Shown: positions 43,048-50,115 of the stretch, piece by piece
Layout of the letters: the number at the start of each line of letters is the position of its first letter
How positions within the stretch are numbered: the first letter of the stretch is position 1
Assembly: GCF_002451435.1 (NCBI RefSeq)
Contig: NZ_DKCF01000020.1
DNA from: Bifidobacterium sp. UBA6881
GTDB taxonomy: Bacteria > Actinomycetota > Actinomycetes > Actinomycetales > Bifidobacteriaceae
Reading direction: 5' to 3' (one strand)
Length of the DNA: 50,115 nucleotides
Notes under the pieces: model-generated
Told to the model about the DNA's origin: nothing
Databases searched by the model: none
The model's input: only the letters and a program-made list of their open reading frames with translations
Made by a program: the position numbers and the translations under genes

Positions 43048-44709
43048 ATGAAACTCTTGTCGTTGTTGTCAGCCCATTCCCATGCCAAGCGTTGGCTCGC
43101 CGCCGCGCTCGCATTGATAGTCGCGGCGGGCGTGTGCCTCGCCAGCTACGGCAACGTGGACGCGGCCATCCGCCAGAACAGGATCGAACGTCTCAACGCG
43201 CGCATCGAGAACATCTACACGTCCGAATACCAGAATGCGGCGGATGAGAAACTCGCGCAGGAGAAATCCACGTCGGCGGCGACCGAGGACGACATGCTCA
43301 TCGTCGAGAACCCCTACGGCACCAACACCACGTCCCTGTACGTGTATTTCACCACCGATGACGCGGTGTCCGTCTCCTATACCGTGCACGCGGACGGATA
43401 CGCCGATTTCACGCGTACCGCGTATCAGCGGTCCAAATACGCCAAAACCCATGAATTCCAGTTGCTCGGACTCATTCCCGACGTGAAGAACACAATCACG
43501 TTCACCTTGACGAACAGCGACGGCGATTCCCGCACGAAGACCGTCGAACGCAAGGGCGCCTCGCTGCTCGGCAACGAGGAGACGCAGCTCGAGCAGACCG
43601 TCTCCGCGAAGTCCGGTCAGAACCTCGGCGACGGGTTGTACGCGATCCTCGGCAACGATTCCGACGAGCAGGACTTCATGTTCTACTACGACACGAACGG
43701 CGTGCTGCGCGGCGAGATCCCCGTGCTCTACTATCGTTCGCACCGTCTTCTGTTCGACAAGAACGGCCTGATGTGGTTCTCCGCGTCCACCAAGCATATG
43801 GTCGGCATGAACCGTCTCGGCAAGCTGGAGAAGATCTACGACCTGGGCTCCAGGTACATTCTGCACCACGACTACGCGTTGGATTCCAACGGCGACATCG
43901 TGATGCTCGCCACCGAGCTCAACCGAGACGACCACGCCGTCCAGGACCAGGTCGCCAAGCTCGACACATCCACCGGCAAGGTCACCAAGGTGTTGGACTT
44001 CGGCGAGATGTTCGCCGACTACAAGGCGTCGACCACGCATGCCGGCACCGACGAGTCGGATATGAGCGCGAAGGGCCGTTGGGATTGGCTGCACGTCAAC
44101 ACCATCCAGCTGCTCGATGACGGCTCGGCGCTGTTCTCCGCCCGCGAGACCTCCACCATCATCAAGGTGAACGACCTGGAAAGCAATCCGACGCTCGACT
44201 ACATGATCGGCGAACGATCCGTGTGGAAGGGCACCAAGGAGGCGTCCTCGTTCCTGACGAAGGTCGGCGACTTCTCCGACACCGGCGGCCAGCATTCCAT
44301 CACCTACGTCGCCGACGACTCGCTGCCCGACGGCCAGTACTACCTGTACATGTTCGACAACAACTACGGCACCTCGCTGACCCGTCCAGACTTCGACTGG
44401 TCCGTGATCGACGGCATCTCGACCGAATTCTCGTCCGACACGGCCAACTCGCAGTACCGCAAATACCTGGTGGATGAGAACGCCGGCACCTACACGGAAG
44501 TCTCCTCCTTCGACGTGCCCTACTCGCCGTACGTGTCGTCCGCGCAGGAGCTCTACAACGGCAACATCCTCATCGATTCGGGCATGAAGGGGCTGTTCGG
44601 CCAGTATTCGTCCGACGGCACGCTATTGGCGCAGTACAAGATGACGCTCAGCTCGAGCTACATCTACCGCGTGTACTCCTACGATTTCTCCGGCTTCTAC
44701 TTCGCCTGA
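43048..44709 (+). CDS. Aryl-sulfate sulfotransferase (ASST, PAPS-independent), N-terminally anchored or secreted
   Basis: N-terminal hydrophobic segment, NPYG..TSL Ig-like N-domain, HHD, DWLHVNTI, FSAR, GQHSI, MFDNN, SPYVSSAQ. Confidence 0.88.
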   Translation: MKLLSLLSAHSHAKRWLAAALALIVAAGVCLASYGNVDAAIRQNRIERLNARIENIYTSEYQNAADEKLAQEKSTSAATEDDMLIVENPYGTNTTSLYVYFTTDDAVSVSYTVHADGYADFTRTAYQRSKYAKTHEFQLLGLIPDVKNTITFTLTNSDGDSRTKTVERKGASLLGNEETQLEQTVSAKSGQNLGDGLYAILGNDSDEQDFMFYYDTNGVLRGEIPVLYYRSHRLLFDKNGLMWFSASTKHMVGMNRLGKLEKIYDLGSRYILHHDYALDSNGDIVMLATELNRDDHAVQDQVAKLDTSTGKVTKVLDFGEMFADYKASTTHAGTDESDMSAKGRWDWLHVNTIQLLDDGSALFSARETSTIIKVNDLESNPTLDYMIGERSVWKGTKEASSFLTKVGDFSDTGGQHSITYVADDSLPDGQYYLYMFDNNYGTSLTRPDFDWSVIDGISTEFSSDTANSQYRKYLVDENAGTYTEVSSFDVPYSPYVSSAQELYNGNILIDSGMKGLFGQYSSDGTLLAQYKMTLSSSYIYRVYSYDFSGFYFA

Positions 44710-44735
44710 CCCGCGCGCGTCCTACAATCGGTTCC

Positions 44736-45536
44736 ATGGGATTGTTTGATGCATTGTTCGCCGGCAAGCGTTCCGTTCCGGCATCCGAGGCGACGTTCAT
44801 CCTCGACAAGGCGGGACATGTCTACGATGACGGCAACGTCGGATTGCGGGACGCCACGATCACCATCACGCCAAGCAACAGACGCGTGGCGGTGATCGGG
44901 CTGAACGGTTCCGGAAAGACCACGCTGCTGAAGCTGCTGGACGGCGCGCTCACGGCCACGTCCGGCACGGTGCGGATCGCGGCCGACGACACGGATTACG
45001 ACCCGTCAGTCAAACGCGATCTGCGCCGCATCGAGGATATGGTCGGACGCGTGCGCCGCGAGGAGATCCCGAACAGCTACTATCAGGCCAAGTCGATCCG
45101 CGAGGCGGTCGAGCAGCCGTTGAAGAAGCACAAGGTTCCGGAAAGCGAACGCCAGGCGATCATCGGCAACCTGTTCGCGCATTTCGATCTGGCATCCGTG
45201 GCCCGAGAGCCGGCCTCCGCGTTGGACGGCGAGAAAAGGCACCTGCTGGCGATCGCCGCGGCGCTGAGCTTCTCCCCCGCCGTCATCGTCGCGGACGAGC
45301 CGACCAAGGGATTGGACGAAATCGCTTCGGCGCGGGTCGCCAAGGCGCTGTTCAGCTACGGCAAGCAGGTGATTTTCGCAACGCATGACACGGAGCTGAT
45401 CACACGTCCGGAATACGCGATCGACCGTGTGATCGTCGTCGATGAGCATCGCATCGTCTTCGATGGCGACGCGCATGAGGCCGTCGGCCACTATACCGAT
45501 CTCATCCAGGCCAGATACAAGGCGCTGAAAGCCTGA
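44736..45536 (+). CDS. Orphan ECF/CbiO-like ABC ATP-binding protein with a degenerate signature
   Basis: GLNGSGKTT, VADEPT and ATHD present; signature reads LDGEK. Confidence 0.85.
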   Translation: MGLFDALFAGKRSVPASEATFILDKAGHVYDDGNVGLRDATITITPSNRRVAVIGLNGSGKTTLLKLLDGALTATSGTVRIAADDTDYDPSVKRDLRRIEDMVGRVRREEIPNSYYQAKSIREAVEQPLKKHKVPESERQAIIGNLFAHFDLASVAREPASALDGEKRHLLAIAAALSFSPAVIVADEPTKGLDEIASARVAKALFSYGKQVIFATHDTELITRPEYAIDRVIVVDEHRIVFDGDAHEAVGHYTDLIQARYKALKA

Positions 45537-45542
45537 TTCGTC

Positions 45543-45611
45543 CGAAGCCCGCCGAATGGATGTGTCCCAGCCGATTCCGTTTTGGTCGGGACATGCGTTC
45601 GGCGGGCTTCG
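45543..45611. terminator. Long hairpin between convergent genes, probable bidirectional terminator
   Basis: CGAAGCCCGCCGAA ... TTCGGCGGGCTTCG 14-bp outer stem plus inner TGTCCC/GGGACA. Confidence 0.65.
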
Positions 45612-45635
45612 ACAATCCAAGCGTGCCGATCGGGT

Positions 45636-46802
45636 TCAGCCGATGAGTTCGTTGACCGTGTCGAGCACCACGCGCACGTTGCCGCGGAACTCCTCAGGCT
45701 CCGGTAGGAGGGAGATCGCCAGATAGCCGTTCGAGGTCATGTCGAAGAAGTATCCGGGCTGTCCGGAGACGCCGTGCCGGTCGATCATCCGCAGCACCAG
45801 CTCGTTCTCGTCAAGCACTCCCGGCACGCGGAGCAGCACGTTCCATCCGCCTTCGGCACGCAGCACATCGACCAGATGATGCTCGTCGGCGTCCAACATG
45901 GCATGCAGAGCTTCGAGATTGCCGCGCACCCGTTCGCGCACGCGTGCGGTCTGCGCTGGAGCATCCTGGAGCAATGCGGGGATGCGCTTAGCGATGATCT
46001 CGCTCAGCGGCAGATAATCATCGGCGATCACATCAAGCCGACGCTTCGCCTCGGCCACATCCGCATCAGGACCCGATACTTGAATCCAGCCGACTTTGGC
46101 ATGCGGCGCGGCGAGCATTTTCGAAAAACCATCGAGCGCGAATGTAAGAGCGCCGCGCTCCCCCGCGAGACGCGCGTTGCCGGAGAATGGCTCGAGGTCG
46201 TAGTCGTAGAACACCTCGTCGGCGATGATGGCCACCTCGTGGCGCGCGCACAGGTTCACAATCGCTTCCCGCTCCGAGGGTTTCACATACGATCCGGTCG
46301 GATTGTTGGGGTTGATGAGCACCAAGGCCCTGATGCGCGCGCCGTCCGGGCCGTCCAGCATGCCTTCGAGTTCGGCGACGTCGATGTACCAGGATCCGTC
46401 GAACCGCTGCTGGTATTCGATCGTGTCGACGCATTCGAGACGCGCGATCGATTCGATCAGCGGGTATCCCGGCTTGGGTGCGAGTACGGCGTCACCCGCG
46501 TCGCACAGCAGTTTGATCAGCCACGAATAGGCCTCCGACGTGGAGCTCAGCACATACAGGTCGTCCGGTGTGCAATGGCCGATTTCCTGCGCGTCGAGGA
46601 ACGCGGCCAACGCCTCGCGCGCGTACCGCTGGCCGCGCGGATCGGCGGTGTATACGGCGGGCACGGCGGCCGGGGCGAGCGCGTGCCGGGTCGGATTGGA
46701 GTCGTTGAGTCTTCCCAGCGTCCGTCCGGCCGCTTTCGCCGCGGCCTCCGCCTTTGCTATCGGATTGGGTTCGCTGATGTCGACTCGTGAGGAAAAACGC
46801 AT
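45636..46802 (-). CDS. PLP-dependent aminotransferase class I/II
   Basis: PKPGYP, INPNNPTG, IADEVF, DGFSK (PLP lysine). Confidence 0.92.
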   Translation of the reverse strand: MRFSSRVDISEPNPIAKAEAAAKAAGRTLGRLNDSNPTRHALAPAAVPAVYTADPRGQRYAREALAAFLDAQEIGHCTPDDLYVLSSTSEAYSWLIKLLCDAGDAVLAPKPGYPLIESIARLECVDTIEYQQRFDGSWYIDVAELEGMLDGPDGARIRALVLINPNNPTGSYVKPSEREAIVNLCARHEVAIIADEVFYDYDLEPFSGNARLAGERGALTFALDGFSKMLAAPHAKVGWIQVSGPDADVAEAKRRLDVIADDYLPLSEIIAKRIPALLQDAPAQTARVRERVRGNLEALHAMLDADEHHLVDVLRAEGGWNVLLRVPGVLDENELVLRMIDRHGVSGQPGYFFDMTSNGYLAISLLPEPEEFRGNVRVVLDTVNELIG

Positions 46803-47007
46803 GGTTCCACACTACTCGCACCACGGGAAGCGCCATCGTGCACGTCGCGCGTCCGGCGCGCGGCGTCTTTCCTTGCGATTCGCGCCGAACGGACCACGCC
46901 GGCAGATCGCATGTCCGACCTGCCGGCCGCAACGGATATGCGAAAGGTCTCCGGACCATTCGGCGATGGTACGGAGACCTCTGGAAAACTCGCGGGTAGA
47001 CGGCACG

Positions 47008-47775
47008 TCAGCGCTGCTTCACGCTTGCGTAGTATGCGGCGCCGACGATGCCGGCCTCGTTGTGCAGCTGGGCCGCGACGATCGGGGTCTTGATATCGAT
47101 GTACGGCAGGAACTTCTGGGATACGCGCGATACGCCGCCGCCTACGACGAACAGCTGCGGATCCAGGTAGAACTCCACCAGGGAGTAGTACTTGGTCAGG
47201 CGCTTCGCCCACTTCTTGTAGCCCATATCGAGCTTCTCGCGTACCGAGGACGCCGCGTACTTCTCGGCGTCGCCCTTGTTCTTGAGCAGTTGCAGGTGCC
47301 CCAGCTCGGTGTTCGGGATGAGCTCTCCGTTGAATATCAGCGCGGTGCCGATGCCAGTACCCAGCGTGGTGGCGACGACCAGGCCGTCCTGCCCCTTGGC
47401 CGCGCCGAAACGCTGTTCCGCCAATCCCGCCGCGTCGGCGTCGTTCACCACGGTGACGGGGCGCCCACAGGCTTCGGAGAACACTTCGGTGACGTCCACG
47501 CCGACCCAGGACTGGTCCAGGTTGGCCATGTATCCGAGTTTCTCGCCCACATGGATCGGTGCCGGGAAGGCGATGCCGACCGGCGCGGATTCGGGCACTT
47601 CGAAGTGTTCGAGCTGCTGGCGGACGATGTCGCCGACCGCCTGCGGGGTGGAGACCTCGGGAGTGAGAATCTTCAGACGTGGTTCGGCGAATTCGCCCTT
47701 TTCGAGATTCACCGGCGCGGCTTTGATGCCGGAACCACCGATATCGACGCCGAATGCCTGTGCAGTTTCAATCAT
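47008..47775 (-). CDS. ppgK: Polyphosphate/ATP glucokinase (ROK family)
   Basis: GVDIGGSGIK, NDADAAGLAE, TLGTGIGTAL, PNTELGHL, NEAGIVGAA. Confidence 0.94.
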   Translation of the reverse strand: MIETAQAFGVDIGGSGIKAAPVNLEKGEFAEPRLKILTPEVSTPQAVGDIVRQQLEHFEVPESAPVGIAFPAPIHVGEKLGYMANLDQSWVGVDVTEVFSEACGRPVTVVNDADAAGLAEQRFGAAKGQDGLVVATTLGTGIGTALIFNGELIPNTELGHLQLLKNKGDAEKYAASSVREKLDMGYKKWAKRLTKYYSLVEFYLDPQLFVVGGGVSRVSQKFLPYIDIKTPIVAAQLHNEAGIVGAAYYASVKQR

Positions 47776-47937
47776 CGTTGACCTCTCCTATCAAGGTTGC
47801 GTTTTGGAGTTTCGAACCGGTATTCGCCATGGTAACTCGCATCATGCCCAAAAAACGCGTTCAGGACACGATTTGTGAATACGATTGCATAATCTGCCAC
47901 GCGGAATTTCCGCCGACGTCGATGGTTTTCTGCAAAC

Positions 47938-47979
47938 GAATGCCCCATGCCGGTCGAACATGCCGTGCATGGGGCATTC
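47938..47979 (-). terminator. Hairpin downstream of the GT2 gene
   Basis: 13-bp perfect stem GAATGCCCCATGC...GCATGGGGCATTC followed by GTTT on the minus strand. Confidence 0.65.
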
Positions 47980-48019
47980 AGAACGTGGTGCGACGTTCGT
48001 TTAAGCGGCGAGTCCGCCG

Positions 48020-49033
48020 TCACTTCAACGGCGGCATCGGGCTCCAGTCCGGGGCGTGCAGCAGCTTGCGGGAGTCCCACCATCCCTTGACGATCTGCAC
48101 CAGACCGGTCCCGACATGCCCGCGGTCGACCATCACCAGGCGGATGACCTCCTTGGCGGCGGTCAGCAGGGTGCCCAGGCCGAACAGCAATGGACGGTAA
48201 TCGCCGTAGGTCATGAAGTAGCGCGCCATGTATCCGCGGTTGCGCATGATGTGGTAACGGTTCATGTCGGAGGTGGAGTTGAGCTGGCGCAGACCGGCGA
48301 TGTCCCAGTTGCCGATCTCGCGGGTGCGGCGGAGGATCACGTCGGGCACCACGATCGGATTGGTGACCTTGCTGGCGCGGTAGCCGTACATCGTGTCATC
48401 CCAGTAGATGAAGAAGCGCGGATCGGGCAGACCGATCTGCTCGACGATGTTGCGGCGGAACAGTCCGCCTTCGAAGCACAGCGTGTCCATGACGCGGTAG
48501 CCCGCGGGACCGAACGCCGAAGGCGCGATCGGATTCGGGATGCCGAGCGGCACGATGAAATCGTACTGCCAGTAGAACGGGCCGCCGTCGTAGTCGTAGC
48601 GGCTGCCCTGGATCACGTCATGGCGGTCGGTCCACTTCGCCAGACGCTCGATGGCCTCCGGCATCACGGCCACGTCGTCGTCCATGACCCAGAACCATTC
48701 GGCGCCCAGCTCATAGGCCTTTTCCACACCTGCGGAGAAGCCGCCGGCGCCGCCGAGGTTCGCGGTCTGCGGCGCGTACACCACCCGGCTTTCGTTGCCC
48801 GACCTGTCGGCCACGGTCTCGCCCCACTGGGCGGTGACCTTGGCGCGGAAGTCCTCGACCATGCCGCGGGTCCTGTCGGACCGCTCGTTGTCCACGACGA
48901 CGACGCGCCACGGCGCGACCGTCAGTTTCTCGATGGATTCGAACAGCGTGGCGAGCAGCTGCTGGCGCTTGTACGTCACCACGACGATGGCCAGCTTCTC
49001 GATGGTTTTCTTCGCAACTTGCTTTTCAGTCAT
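48020..49033 (-). CDS. Glycosyltransferase family 2 (GlfT1 galactofuranosyltransferase-like)
   Basis: VVVTYKR, VVVDN, NLGGAGGF, WVMDDD, PDPRFFIYWDDTMYGYR; start at MTEKQ. Confidence 0.88.
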   Translation of the reverse strand: MTEKQVAKKTIEKLAIVVVTYKRQQLLATLFESIEKLTVAPWRVVVVDNERSDRTRGMVEDFRAKVTAQWGETVADRSGNESRVVYAPQTANLGGAGGFSAGVEKAYELGAEWFWVMDDDVAVMPEAIERLAKWTDRHDVIQGSRYDYDGGPFYWQYDFIVPLGIPNPIAPSAFGPAGYRVMDTLCFEGGLFRRNIVEQIGLPDPRFFIYWDDTMYGYRASKVTNPIVVPDVILRRTREIGNWDIAGLRQLNSTSDMNRYHIMRNRGYMARYFMTYGDYRPLLFGLGTLLTAAKEVIRLVMVDRGHVGTGLVQIVKGWWDSRKLLHAPDWSPMPPLK

Positions 49034-49187
49034 GGGCTCCATTGTTGCACTCGCCCTCAACCGTATGAAAACCGTATGGCCCCAACGTTCCAAACGCCTT
49101 CGGAGAATCGCCTTCCATGTTCGGATATGTCAATTTCGCGACATGTTTCTTGCGTGGCGCGTGCGGTTTTGGCATAATGGTCGATGT

Positions 49188-49277
49188 AATGCAGGGGAAC
49201 CCGCGCGACGGGTTGAGATGGGCGTGGCCGTCCGAACCCTTTGAACCTGATGGCTAACACCAGCGTAGGGAGGCATG
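49188..49277 (+). ncRNA. TPP riboswitch upstream of tenA
   Basis: AGGGGAACCCG..CGGGTTGAGA..ACCCTTTGAACCTGA-TGGCTAACACCA-GCGTAGGGAGGCATG; -10 CATAAT at 49173-49178. Confidence 0.92.
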
Positions 49278-50048
49278 TCTTTGACTGGTACGACATCAAC
49301 GACTCCATTCGACCGTGAATACGACGCGACGCTTGGCGTGCGGCGCGACAATCTTCCGCCATTCGCGCAACGTCTGCGCAAGACCGCGGACCTGGTGTGG
49401 GAGGAGGGTTACCGGCAGCCGTTCATCCGCGAACTCGGCGCCGGAACGCTCGACCGCGACCGCTTCGCCTTTTATCTTCTGCAGGATTTCCGCTATCTGA
49501 ACGATTACGCGAAGGTCCACGCCCTGGGATTGGCGAAAACCGACGATCCGGAAATCATGCGGTTCATGCTCGACGTGCAGAACGGCGCGCTGAAGGTCGA
49601 AACCACCGTGCACCGCACGTATCTGTCGAGTTACGGCATCACCGAAGAGCAGATGGACAACGTGCGCCAGTCGGCGTTCGCGCGCGCATATACGTCGAAC
49701 ATCCTGTCCATCGCGTACGGCGGGGACATCGCCGACATCCTCGTGGCCGTGCTCCCCTGCGCTTGGGTGTACGCCGATTACGGATACCGGCTCGCGCGCG
49801 AGTTCGAGGGCACTTTGGACGCCAACCCGTACAAGAGCTGGGTCGACATGTACAAAACGGACGAGTTCTGGCAGGGTTCCGTCTGGCTGATCGAGCATAT
49901 CGAGAAAATCGCCGCGGACCTGGACGAAAAACGCAGAAAGGAGCTGGTCGACATCTTCGTGACCGGCGTGGAGAACGAGTACATGTTCTGGGCGAGCGCG
50001 TACGACATGCAGTACGCGTGGAGGCCGGAATGGGACGGGGAGCGCTGA
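49275..50048 (+). CDS. tenA: Thiaminase II / aminopyrimidine aminohydrolase TenA
   Basis: PFIRELGAGTL, FYLLQD, LPCAWVY (catalytic Cys), NPYKSW, EYMFW; preceded by a TPP riboswitch. Confidence 0.95.
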   Translation: MSLTGTTSTTPFDREYDATLGVRRDNLPPFAQRLRKTADLVWEEGYRQPFIRELGAGTLDRDRFAFYLLQDFRYLNDYAKVHALGLAKTDDPEIMRFMLDVQNGALKVETTVHRTYLSSYGITEEQMDNVRQSAFARAYTSNILSIAYGGDIADILVAVLPCAWVYADYGYRLAREFEGTLDANPYKSWVDMYKTDEFWQGSVWLIEHIEKIAADLDEKRRKELVDIFVTGVENEYMFWASAYDMQYAWRPEWDGER

Positions 50049-50115
50049 GGCCCGATTCCGACGACTCCTTGACTTCCGATTGTTTTTCCATTGCGCAAAG
50101 GGCGGCCCGCCATCC

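Overview
High-GC actinobacterial chromosome segment, very likely Bifidobacterium, judged from gene order and protein style. It is mostly core metabolism on the minus strand: tyrS, the argCJBDFRGH operon with two ArgR operator pairs, pheST, a TrmH methylase, glnA, an orphan lpdA-like disulfide reductase, a TPP-riboswitch-controlled YkoEDC-type ECF transporter, mrp, ligA, a large TPR protein, ppgK and a GT2. A TPP-riboswitch-controlled tenA lies on the plus strand. Accessory genes: an HD-hydrolase plus CmpB/TMEM229-like membrane pair, a MacB/FtsX-type ABC transporter, LOG, AEC and MGMT genes, and a putative GT-C membrane protein next to a membrane-anchored aryl-sulfate sulfotransferase. I saw no rRNA, tRNA, CRISPR array or IS. 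Best leads: (1) a possible surface glycosylation/sulfation module (GT-C-like + ASST); (2) a TPP riboswitch with an altered pyrophosphate-sensing junction; (3) an lpdA orthologue with an NADP(H)-type fingerprint; (4) a shared TYWCAG-N5-TYWCAG repeat upstream of two envelope loci; (5) a strand-specific G+T-rich patch at about 40.3-42.4 kb. All calls come from reading motifs by eye; no database searches were run.
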